From: Rhizodiscina lignyota
Taxonomy: Eukaryota
Reading direction: 5' to 3'
Assembly: GCA_010015805.1 (NCBI GenBank)
Contig: ML978129.1
Location: 868,001-932,000, forward strand
DNA length: 64,000 nt
The translations under genes and the position numbers were made by a program. The notes below the pieces were generated by a model, which saw only the letters and a program-made list of their open reading frames with translations, did not search any database and was not told the origin of the DNA. Below, piece after piece: positions 26,013 to 36,533 of the stretch (its first letter is position 1; each line of letters starts with the position of its first letter).

Positions 26013-26329
26013 CATCTGAGGGCGGAACGCGTGCGATCTCGTACGTAGCATCTGCCATCTGCCATCTGCCCCCGGCACGTTGCGCGCTCTTGGCCCTGTA
26101 CGATGGCCGTCGACTTGCTTTTGGCGGCGGAGCGGCGGGCGCTGCGAGCGAAGGGAGGGAGATTGCAATACGATATCATCACCTGCGCATGTAGGCGGTC
26201 GCGCGTCTTGCCGTCTCCTCCAAGTGCTGCACAGCGATACAATAAGACTGCTGCTGCCAGGGCGGCGTGGAAGAGAAACGGGCGCGCTGCTAAGCTCACT
26301 AGCCTCTGTAGAGCGCGCGACGACACGTG
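26013..26329. promoter_or_regulatory. E-box (CANNTG) cluster upstream of the bHLH gene
   Basis: CATCTG at 26013, 26049, 26056 and 26063 (three with 7-nt spacing), CACCTG at 26180, CACGTG at 26324. Confidence 0.35.
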
Positions 26330-27575
26330 GGTACCTCCGAGCGACGGGCAATCGAGCGCGGCCCTTCTCAGCACATCCATGCGACAACGTGCTCGCGGCG
26401 GGCAGGGCAAGGATAATTCGTAAGATTGGAGAGTGGATGGTCGATCGCCTCCAGTCGACGTCCGCCGTCCAGTGCGCTTTGCGTGAACCTTACGCACCCA
26501 ACGCATCTTTCCCAAACCTCATCCCTTCATCGACCACCACGCCCGCCCTCGTCCCCTCGCCGTCAATTGTGCCTGCCTGCCCGCTGCGACTGCATCGGTA
26601 CTCGGTGCATGCAAGGCACGAACGTTGGCTTTGTTCTGTGCCCACCGCTGCTCTCCGCTGCGCGTCCAGATCACCACCACACCTCCACTCCTGTCGCGAA
26701 CAACCAGCCCACACGCCCTCCCGACCTGGCCTGCCCGGACGACATTGTTCGCCTTCTGCCCATCCTCGCCCACTGCCAGAGCAGAGTATCGCGATTACTC
26801 TCCGGCCGTGTGGTTCGTGCGACTGCCTGCGGTGCGCCTGCCTCCGATTTCGTCGACGCTTCTCCTCCAGCTAGCGGCCCACTCAACGTTCAGCCTGCGC
26901 TCGACGCCGACCAGTCTGCGCTTTCCTTTTCGCAACCGCCTCAAGCCTCCACGGGCCCAGCACGCTTTGCCCTTCTGCGACTACCTCATTCATCGTGGAT
27001 CTGTGGCCTTCTCCGCGCAGTTGGGACCACTTGACGCTTGCCCTGGACGCTCCTGATCCCACGAGGACACGAGGTAATTGACGACAGCTCACGCCGCGGT
27101 CTCTCTTTGGCCCCAGAGAAAGCTACCCCCTCCTCCATTCTGCACTCCACCTCTCCATATCCTCAACAGATCTCATACACTCGGCATCTGTGATCGATTC
27201 CATTGGCAATTGTGGACGCCTCCCCGCTCGATGGACTGAGCTTTTGAGAGCTCGCCAGCCGCACGCTCTGGTGGTTAAGCGGCTGCTCATCGTCTTCCTC
27301 TGCCATTCTCAGGTACGTTTCAACGGTATCGCCCAAGATCCAACGTCTCTGGGCACACGGTGGACTTATAACTAACTCTGATAGAGCTTGACGACACCTT
27401 GACTCGCATCTTCTGCACCATTTTCCACCTTCTCCAGAAGAACTCCGCTTCCTGTTCGCTATTTGAACGCCATACCGCTTCGTCCACCATTGTAATAGTA
27501 GTGTCACCATCTTGTCCACCTCGATTCTCCTTTGTCATCCACACCCTTTGTACCAGGTTACCGAGTCCACATTAG

Positions 27576-29577
27576 ATGGCACCAGCAGCCATGGCACAGA
27601 ATCAGACATTGCCGTCAATTACGCAGCTGACAAGCGAGCTGCCTCAGGCAGATCAGAATCGCTTGAGCCAGAATGCCGACATCCGAGATTCAGGGAATTG
27701 GTCGATATCCCAGAGCAAACGTGAGTGTCCACTTCTTTTGTTCGTATTATTTCATCCCATTTGCCGTGCTCTTCCCACTTCTCCGTAATTGTCGGACGCA
27801 ATGTCCATGGATTCATCTGATACAAAGAGACAAGACGAATTGGAAATTTCAAGAGACTTAAGAAACTATGGATGGTATCTGATTTATCTCTATCATTCGA
27901 CTCGAGATGAGATTGCTCAGGCTCTCAATTATGGTGCATGTCATCGAGGGTCATCCTGTTTTCATTAAGATAGATTGCAAAAGCTCGCGTTTGCTGAATA
28001 GTGCTTTGTTGAATCGACCCGTTTACAGATGCTAACATTGGAGCAGATTCTTCGACCGTCTCCAACAATCCTGGTCTCCAACTACAAACGATCCTCAATG
28101 CGGAGGATTCACCATCGCGTTCTTCAATGCCGGACACTCCTCATTCGGCGAAGGCCCACCACGCTCAGGTCAGCCCACCGAAGCAGGACTACCAGCAACT
28201 GGGGTTACCACCAGGTGGCCAGCCGTCGACGCAGACAATCCCACATCACCTCCCAGCCATACCATCCGTCCATCAGGGCTTCCCTGGTGATCATCCACGG
28301 CAGAGCCTCGACACTCCATCCATGCTGGAGTCGAGGCGGAGCAGCGTCGACAGTCGCATGAATGCCGGGATGGGCCACCTTGCCATAAGCCCGTCATCTC
28401 CATATGACAGCAACAATGCATCTCGTGCATCCTTGGTGTCGAATCTCCAGCAGCAGCGTGGCATCACGGATGCGCGTGCCAATGGCTCGATACCGGTGTC
28501 GCCTTTATCGTCGAGGTTCAGTCGTGCCGGATCCGGCGCTGCACCTCGTCGTGCTCCTGTGATCAATCCCAACCCGCGAAGTGTGTCTGGTATGCCTGAT
28601 CCAACGGCTGCTGCGCCGACGAAGGGTTTCCCGTGGGCGTTTCCAGATCAGCCTGGTGGTCAAGATGAGCGAAGAAGATCGAGTAGTGGTGACTCGAGCG
28701 TCGAACCGTCATTGCCGTCGCGACAAAACAGCTTTGCGGCGTCGATAAACAGCAGCGTATTCACAACAGAGTCTTCGCAGCTGCCTCCGGGCCAAAAGAG
28801 GTTCGAAGAGGGAGGTAAGTCGTGTTCCCCTGCGTGTTCTTAGATGGAGAGTTGCTTACAGTGTTGCAGACGTTCAGCACACGCATCACCACTCGATGCA
28901 GCACAGAGCAGTCACAAACCTGCAGTCGGATGGGCAGGCTGCGGCCGGCGGTGGGAACTACAGCCGCACCCCTGAGCTGCGTGTGAGCCATAAGATGGCA
29001 GAACGTAAGAGAAGGAGTGAGATGAAGTCATTGTTTGATGAGCTGAATACCATCCTACCCAATACGCCTGGTGGCAAGTCCAGCAAATGGGAGGTCTTGA
29101 CGAAGGGTAAGTCGTTGCGCGCAAATGTCTTGGCATTCGGACTGCCCTTAATTATATCGCGTCGCTGCCAACCTCTCTCTCCCCTGCTAACGTCTTCTTT
29201 CTACAGCGATCGAACATATCAAGCTTCTCAAGTACTCTGACAATCAACTGCGCCGTGACAACGAACAGCTGCGCGGGCAATCCGAGTATGGCAGACGCCT
29301 CGAAGAGGAGAACAAAGCACTGCGCAATGAACTCGGCACCTGCTGGCAGCATCTCCAACGCGTCGAACCGAACAACCACCATGTCTTCGGCCAATTCACC
29401 TCCAGCCTTGCCGTCGAGTCCTCCGGTGCCGGACTCCCATCAAATCATCACATCCAACAACCTCAAGCGCGGCTGCCACCTCTGCAGGGGCAAATGCAGA
29501 CACCCGGCAACGCATTCGCTCCGACTGGAGCTAGTTCGGCACCGATGGAAGGCGTCCAAACGTATACCCCATTCTAA
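27576..29577 (+). CDS. bHLH transcription factor, DevR/Esc1-like (4 coding exons)
   Basis: Exons 27576-27720, 28047-28814, 28870-29106 and 29207-29577 join in frame; basic/HLH region [57 protein letters not shown] followed by a coiled coil. Confidence 0.9.
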
Positions 29578-30000
29578 TGGGCGCCTCGATTTCGAAGCCA
29601 CCGTGCTCACACTCGACGACGGTTGCGAAGTATGCTTTTGCCGCCGCCTAACGGCCCGGACCTTGCGGATTCCACATTTCCCGCCATTTCTACGATTTTA
29701 CACGGAGTCCGTGTATTTGCTGGGGTACTCTCACTAGTAAGTTACCACCTTTACCGCTCCACACGGCTTGGCACTTACCGTATATAGAGCGAACATTACT
29801 ATCATAGTATTGGGTAGCACGTGACTTGCTTGTGGGAACAAAATTCATGTATTAAACTAGGGTTTACGATGATGGCTTTGATACCAGATAGCATTAGCGC
29901 TAAGATAGTGCTACGAAATGAAAATACTTGACTGCATGACTACATATGCGCTATCTACGCTTGTGACCCTGAATGCCACCACTGCTTGTCATTCTTGGTT

Positions 30001-30508
30001 CGTAGTTTTCAAGCTTTGGGTCCTAAGATTGTTTCGCTTTAGGAGCCTCCGAAGATAATCATATCGATGCTCCGCCGTCATGGTGCAAATCAGAATCGAG
30101 CATTCTGACTTCGGCGTAGTAGGCCTCAGGGACTTGGCCGCAAATATCAATCGGACTCTTATATTTTGATATGTATACGTTGCGATAATTTAAGAGCACA
30201 CATCGTATAGTTTGACGCGCTTGTGCGCTGAGAGGCTTCCCTTTTCAGCCTAGCGCGAGTAGGAAAACTTTCAACTCCAACGACAGCGGCTCTCTTGGTC
30301 CATGGCGAGATCGAAAGTCTACCTATCTCGGCGGCAAGCCGATAGTGACTTTTACCCTTGCCTAGAGCCGGTGTCTATAACTCTTACGACGAAGTATCCA
30401 AGCTTCAGACTCTATGACTGTTTTGCTTCAGGAGCCTCCGACGATAATCGTATCGATGCTCGGCTATCAGGGGAAAGGGCGGAAGTCGAGCAGTTTGACT
30501 TGGACGCT
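30001..30508 (-). pseudogene. Diverged ~120-nt direct repeat with a coding-like substitution pattern (possible gene relic)
   Basis: Copies at ~30001-30118 and ~30391-30508 (offset 389); minus-frame peptides EHRYDYLRRLLKRN and EHRYDYRRRLLKQN, with a frameshift in one copy and a stop in the other. Confidence 0.4.
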
Positions 30509-30882
30509 TACGAGCGAGATATTCCGAGGCAAACTGTAAAGATCTCGAGAACCAAGGGGCCGATAGCACCGGTTACAAAAGGCAGCCAGGTAGCGATGAC
30601 GGTTCTAATTCTGCAGCTTCCGTTTCGACCATGTCTATTGTCGAGAAACCTGATGAGATTCAGAGCCCCTCTTTTGGTAGCTACTTCTCTAAGCTGCTTG
30701 CATTCAGCAGACTGCCTTCGCCGAAACATACTCCGAGCTCCGGGAAGTAGCCATATTGAGCATCTACAACTACGCGGAAGAAGGCCAATTCACTGCCACA
30801 TGTCAAGAGAATGGACAGGTCTCCGATATAAACTAGAGGTTATAAAAAAGGGCCAAAAAGAAAAGAAGAAGAAAAAAAAAAG

Positions 30883-30986
30883 TGCGGCTGGCGTGGATTG
30901 GACGCGCGGAGAGCGTCGCTTTGAATCGAAACTAGCCTTCGATTCCATCTGTCGATTCCGACTTAACCAATCGGGCACCACACCGC
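30883..30986 (-). ncRNA. Putative Pol III-transcribed tRNA-like RNA or tRNA-derived pseudogene
   Basis: TATA-like TATATATTTAA ~30 nt upstream, A-box-like TGCCCGATTGG, B-box-like GTTTCGATTC, paired 5'/3' ends, three internal hairpins and a T10 run 2 nt after the 3' end. Confidence 0.5.
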
Positions 30987-31554
30987 TGAGATATGGAAAT
31001 TGGAATATTAAATATATAGGCATATGTTTAATCTGGTTCCCACACAACCAGCCCCCTTAACACCCGCTTTAGGTTCACCATTTTTTACAACATTTACCTT
31101 ACTGCATGTTAGGGCCGCATATATACGCCTCTTAACGTCGGAACATTAGATGTTCAGACATTGCTACCTTTTTGGTGGTCTATGCAGCTAGCGCGTAGGA
31201 TCTAACACTGGACATATAGCTACCGAAGCAATGCTGTAGCTGCTTTGGTACCTGAGCACAAGAGATTTGGGGCATGGCGCACGTATTCGCTTATATACGT
31301 TCACTGCAGAACTATCGAGATCCCGAGTATAACCAAGCTAATGCTGTGGCACGTGGAGGCACCTGCTATGCTTCAACAACGTTCGTGGCATTATTTTAAG
31401 AGATGCAAAGCACAATCAACCAGATATTCGCATCATTTGCTCGGGCCTGGCGATTCAGAGAAGCTGAAGGTAGTGTGGGTTTGTACAGGAGGGAGCCCCA
31501 TTGCAAATACGCGCCGCGCTGCATGTGCTATTTTTCATACTGTGTTATATGTAC

Positions 31555-31720
31555 AAACTCGCGTATTCTAATCCCTGTGCTTTCGAGCACTAGTTGGGAA
31601 AACATCAGGTAATGCTGAGTTTATCCTAGCCCCTCTTGCCCTTAGGGGCTGAGTCCTCGTTGAGACGGACTGGGGGGTTCAGGTTTTTTTGCCCTTTGCT
31701 ACGGAGGGTTCGATTCTCGC
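31555..31720 (+). ncRNA. Putative structured small RNA with T7 terminator and downstream B-box
   Basis: Hairpins GTGCT-TTCG-AGCAC, AGCCCCT/AGGGGCT and AGTCC/GGACT; T7 at 31684-31690; GGTTCGATTC at 31707-31716. Confidence 0.4.
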
Positions 31721-32561
31721 AACATTACTCCTTTTTTTTTTCTCTCTCTCTCTCTTTTTTTAACACCTAGAATCAATCCTGCATCCAGCCACGTTATTAG
31801 ACAGACGTGGGTCAACTATTTAAGCCCTGGCGACATAATATACCTCGTTCCCTCGGAGAGGCCGCCGGCGCCACCCGCAACACTATTGCAGGACTCGTTC
31901 TCAGGAAGGCCAGCCGCGTAGCATGTCCAATTTCCTCGCGACAGTGAATACTTCCAATGAGCGTGCTTTCACCATCGCGGTTTCCGAGACGCTCTCAGCA
32001 TAAGATTCTTGGCCGGCATTCCGTAACAACTGGCGCCATCTCATGGGGAACTCCAATGTCCCACCGACGCTATTCAAATCTTGAATACCTCGAGAGCGCT
32101 GGGATGCGTCTACTCTGGAAAAGAGCAATAAGATGGTGTGGCAAATGAGAATGAGCTGGAATTGATTGGGAAGATTAGAGGTCGTGAAGCTAGACAGGTC
32201 TGACGCCAGGGACGCTGAAACGTCTATGGAATGAAGACCTCCGACAACAAATACCGGCAATCAGAGAACCCCAGCGCATGAGCACGAAGCGCAGATGAGG
32301 TGCATGGCGAGAGTTGAGTTGGTAGATCAAGATGTCAGTAAAATGGCGTAGACCAAGTGACGGATAAGGAAAGAGGGTGCTTGCAATGGCTCGATATGCA
32401 GGCAAGAGACTAAGTGATATACAATGCATCGCAACAGGAGTGGTTTGGTAAGGGCTGGTTTATTCTATCTTCACGGCCGGTAAAAGAAGGATTCAGGAAG
32501 CATCAAAACGATCTTGCAACAACATTGTGCGCCTTAACGCCCCGGGCATAACTTGGTGAAA

Positions 32562-34044
32562 CTACATGTAAGAACCTCCAAGCCCCTGCTGCACTAGCCA
32601 CTTCTGTATGACCTCATACGCCGCTGTCGAATTGTAATGGAAGCTAATACCGTGTCCGATATCTGGTTGGATATATACCTCGAAGGAACGCGCATTCGGA
32701 AATGCCGTTCTTGCTTGCTCTGGTATACTGTCACTATCCCCACCGGCCGCAAGACAATCTCCTCCGCAGTATATCGCGTCCTGTCGACCCGTGAAGACTA
32801 ATACTGGCCCGGTGAAGGGTGTCGTCTCCGGCGCTCCGTTGCCGAGCGTGAAAATCTCTCCCAGTGTAACAGGCTGCTTCGTACTTTCGGCAAAGAGGCC
32901 GATCGCAGGATCGAAGAAAGGAGGGGTCAGGAATGCGAACTGGTTTGCGGTATAGTCGGACCATGTGACGTAGCCGCTTGGTAAGTCTTGTGGAACAGGA
33001 GGAACCGTATCATTGGCCCCGTTGATGATATCGCCGATTTCCGTAGTCGCTATTATTTCCCATAGATCATCGTTGTCCAGATCGACACCGAGATCTTGAA
33101 ATGCTTTCGAGAGTACTGCAACGAGATCCGGCCGCGAATTTGACGGGACGTTGGGCTTAGCGAGTAGTGTTGATACAAAGTCGAGTGCCTCACTTGCTAC
33201 TTCAATTGTATCGGATTCTAGCGGCAACGGCAAAGGGGTCCGCGCAACTGGTGACCCAAACCGAAGCGGCTGGTTCAACCGGGCGAGATGAATATTCCAG
33301 TCTGCAAGAGTCTGGGGAAGCCAGGTGTGATTGTTGGACCACCCTGTGAGAACCAGTGCATCTGATACAGATGGATCGAGCGCAGATAGCATATATGACT
33401 GCACCGAGCCGAAAGAGTGTCCCACATGAGCGACCTTGTGGAACTTAGCCGTCACTCCTGGGAATGTCCCACCTCGCAACATTTTTGTGATCTCGTATAT
33501 GGCGGAAACCTCGGCGGGTGCTTGGACAACGTTGAGCGGATCTGCGTGCGAGGAGTTGCCAATGCCTAGGCGATCGATGCTGACGGTGCAAAAGCCATAT
33601 TTGTCCACTGCAAGATCAATGTACGAATAGTTGTAATTGTTAAATGGGAGGTCCCAATAGGATTTGTCGAAACCCTAGGATCATCAGTAACTTGAGAGGA
33701 TCAAAGCCAAAGCATTTTCAAATCCTCGAACATACCATTCCATGTATCAGAAATTGCACCGTACCATTCCCGCCAGTGCCTCTGTCTGGGTGGCAGAACT
33801 TCGCAGAGATCTCGTAGGTTCCAGTGACACTCTGGTAACCCGCCAGCGCGTCGTCGGTGTAATTTCTCCCGATATTCGTAAATAATTGCGCGAAATAGGT
33901 CGCATCGGCATTACCGTGAAGAGCAGGGACATTGAAGAGGGCTTGGCGTGCCTGAATGTTAACAGGCACAGTGACATTTGCGCACTGCTTCCCAGCTGCG
34001 AGAAGAGAGTATGATGCAAGGAGGAGGTAGAGAATCGGCGACAT
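32562..34044 (-). CDS. Secreted alpha/beta-hydrolase-fold protein
   Basis: Signal peptide MSPILYLLLASYSLLAAG; intron 33735-33675 gives FLIHGMGFDKSYW; DRLGIGNSS, nucleophile GHSFG, and D/H triad candidates in QDAIYCGG and IGHGISFH. Confidence 0.88.
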
Positions 34045-35230
34045 GGCAACGGGATTACCGAAAGCTAGCAATGCTAATGACACTTTGACGAAAACAATTA
34101 TGGAGAAAGCTGCGCTCCTTATACCTACATCATTTGCCTGACCGTATATTTCAGCTTTTGCTACGCCCAATTGCCACGGTAACAGTCGCTCTGATGATCA
34201 CGGGCTCCTGCGCAAGCTGTGCCAATCGCCATGGTAACCTCGATGATGTAGAGGGCGGTCGGATAAAGATCAGGCTTTCGAAAAGGACTGAGATGAAGTT
34301 GAGTGGCGGGCTTCGGGAGAGCGGTCAGGTGGCTGCATACTTAGGAGTTATATTGTCTGCACGAAACGCAGCACGGACACGTACAAAAAGTCGAGCTGTT
34401 TGACGTGGAATTGGATAGGAGACCACTGCATACGAGGCTCATGAGCCACAGACACAAGATTTGTAATATCATAATATTATAATTGAGAGCTTCTAGTATA
34501 TCACAAATTTCCATCCTCACCTCCTATGGGAAACTGATTCGGCAGCTTTGAAAGCTTGTGATAACAACCTTGATTGAGGTCCACTTGCGGAGTGTCGTAG
34601 AGTAGTGCCTTAGTCATCCAATCCTCCTTGCGATATCTGATCTGTCCATTCCCCAGTCCATTCCAGCGCCGACATTTTAAGTGGTCATCTTTCAGGGGTG
34701 ACCTGCAGTCGGAGGAGTCCCTTGCATTCAATGTTACACGACATCGAGCACTGTTATCCATATGAGTTTCTGCACGAGCAGAGAGTAACGAAATTCAAGT
34801 TCGATAGGCACAGAATACGGTGTGCGCGGAGTTGACGCCGGGTATCCTTTCACTTTCGGGAGGCCGGGTCTTTCCAGTGTGCCATGAAGGAGGACAGCGC
34901 AGCGCTACACCACCGCTATGCCACGTAAGAGCGCCTCTATCATGCCGTTACCAGCAAGTCTAAGGAAAGAATTGAGGACGTCATTAGAAACAGCAGAGTT
35001 CAGAGCAAGACTAGGAAGTATGAAACCCCTTTTGAGGACTTTGCTAGCACAGAAAGGTTACGGATAAGCGCCCAACCAAATCCAAAAACCATCTCAAAGC
35101 ACAATCCTATTAGGGTATCATTCCAAATGCTCTCAGAGCCACGCCTTTTGTCTCTTGATGCCCAAGCTAGCGTCATAGAGCTTTGCTATTTCAGGTCACT
35201 GCGCTCTTTCATCCCGGCTGGCCAATTTCT

Positions 35231-36046
35231 TCAGAAGAATGGGAGGAAGTGTAAACGATCCTCGAACCACTTTTGGCTTTTCTTCTCAAACTTGAGCCAC
35301 AGCAACTTCACTCCTGATTTTCTGTACTTCAAGCCATTCCACTTCTTAAAGCAGCGGCAATGCTTATGATGTCCCCTGCCGTTCCGCGCATACTCGACGG
35401 CCACCTCGGGAGGAACAGTCGGTGCGCGCTGCTCCCTCTGGATGACTCGACGTTGGTACCGATACGGTCTCTTTCTCCAATCGCTTGGCCCGGCGTATGG
35501 TTCGCACATGCGATCGTCGATTCTTTCTCGATGTTCCGACTTCAGGTTCTTCGCTGAAAGGGCGCTGTCTGAGTGTGCTCTCTTCTTTATCTTGTCTTTG
35601 GACTTGCAGTTGCTGACGCAGTTGTGAGACTGATTGACATGAGCCGCCGGTGACGAGCGTAGTGGTGGTGAAGGCAAGATGAGGGTGTCTCTGCGAGCAG
35701 GTAGAGAATGTTTAGGTGGGACGTAGTCGAATGGTACGTCGCTAAATAGAGCATCGCCAAACGGAACGTCGTCGATGGGGGTTAATGCGGGTCCTTTCCC
35801 CTTGCCCTTGTCCTCTCGCGCATTGAGTCTCTCGTCATCGTTTCGCACTCCCTTAAACTGAGATGAGCTCGCATTGTCGCTGTATTCAGTATCTTGGTCG
35901 TTAGCTCCGGCATCGCTCGTGCAGCTGTCCATGCGCGTTGTGGGTGTCTGCAACGAGGTGTGGGTACTTGGAAGCGGCTGTTCGGACGTGCCCGAGCCTC
36001 CGCGCTTCCTTTTCCCAAAGTTGCGTAATGCGGAGAAAGGGCCCAT
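35231..36046 (-). CDS. Hypothetical orphan protein, low complexity with a basic C-terminus
   Basis: ATG-initiated 271-aa ORF in an otherwise empty interval; no recognisable domain. Confidence 0.45.
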   Translation of the reverse strand: MGPFSALRNFGKRKRGGSGTSEQPLPSTHTSLQTPTTRMDSCTSDAGANDQDTEYSDNASSSQFKGVRNDDERLNAREDKGKGKGPALTPIDDVPFGDALFSDVPFDYVPPKHSLPARRDTLILPSPPLRSSPAAHVNQSHNCVSNCKSKDKIKKRAHSDSALSAKNLKSEHRERIDDRMCEPYAGPSDWRKRPYRYQRRVIQREQRAPTVPPEVAVEYARNGRGHHKHCRCFKKWNGLKYRKSGVKLLWLKFEKKSQKWFEDRLHFLPFF

Positions 36047-36533
36047 GGTATGGATTGCAGCGATCAGATACTGAAGGTCTGTTCAAAGTTTTGATGATCG
36101 TGGATTGGAATTGGTTGTTGTCATGCACCCTATGACCCTGGAGATGATCTGCCAATTTGTGCAGTAGTAACTTTGGAGTCGAGGACAATTTGAGAAGCAA
36201 AACGAGATTTGCGACAAAAATTTACCTGATGTGCGGGGACATCGAAGCTGATGACAATTTCGATGCTGGTGTATCGTGTCAAAATGTGTTGAGCTTTGTT
36301 AGTGAGAGCGTGAAATGGAGGCCGTTGTGCGAATAGAGTGATTCGCGTATCAAAGGGAAACGACAACACCTGACACCCCGCACTCTTATATGTCAACGTA
36401 CACTTCTGAGCGAGAAAGACGTTGTTTGGTTCGATAGGAGAAGAATTCTTTGCCCGAGGATCCCGAATATATACAGGAAGAATGGGAACATTATCGTACA
36501 ATCGGCATCACCCGCTAGAATGACATCGATAAA

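Noticed and set aside
24289..27056. Long overlapping ORFs (272, 264, 202 aa) upstream of the bHLH gene
   Set aside because: Arg/Pro/Ala/Cys-rich translations on both strands, typical of GC-rich non-coding DNA
30302..31060. 252-aa plus-strand ORF
   Set aside because: Runs through the poly-A tract and the tRNA-like element; composition is not protein-like, and the repeat's synonymous pattern favours the opposite strand
31565..31610. H/ACA snoRNA interpretation (internal loop partly complementary to 18S GAUGUUUUCAUUA)
   Set aside because: No ANANNA or ACA box at the required distance; the complementarity is short
31901..32260. Possible pseudogene (stop-interrupted plus frame from 31923 with an open antisense frame)
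   Set aside because: No identifiable homology by eye; evidence too weak to call
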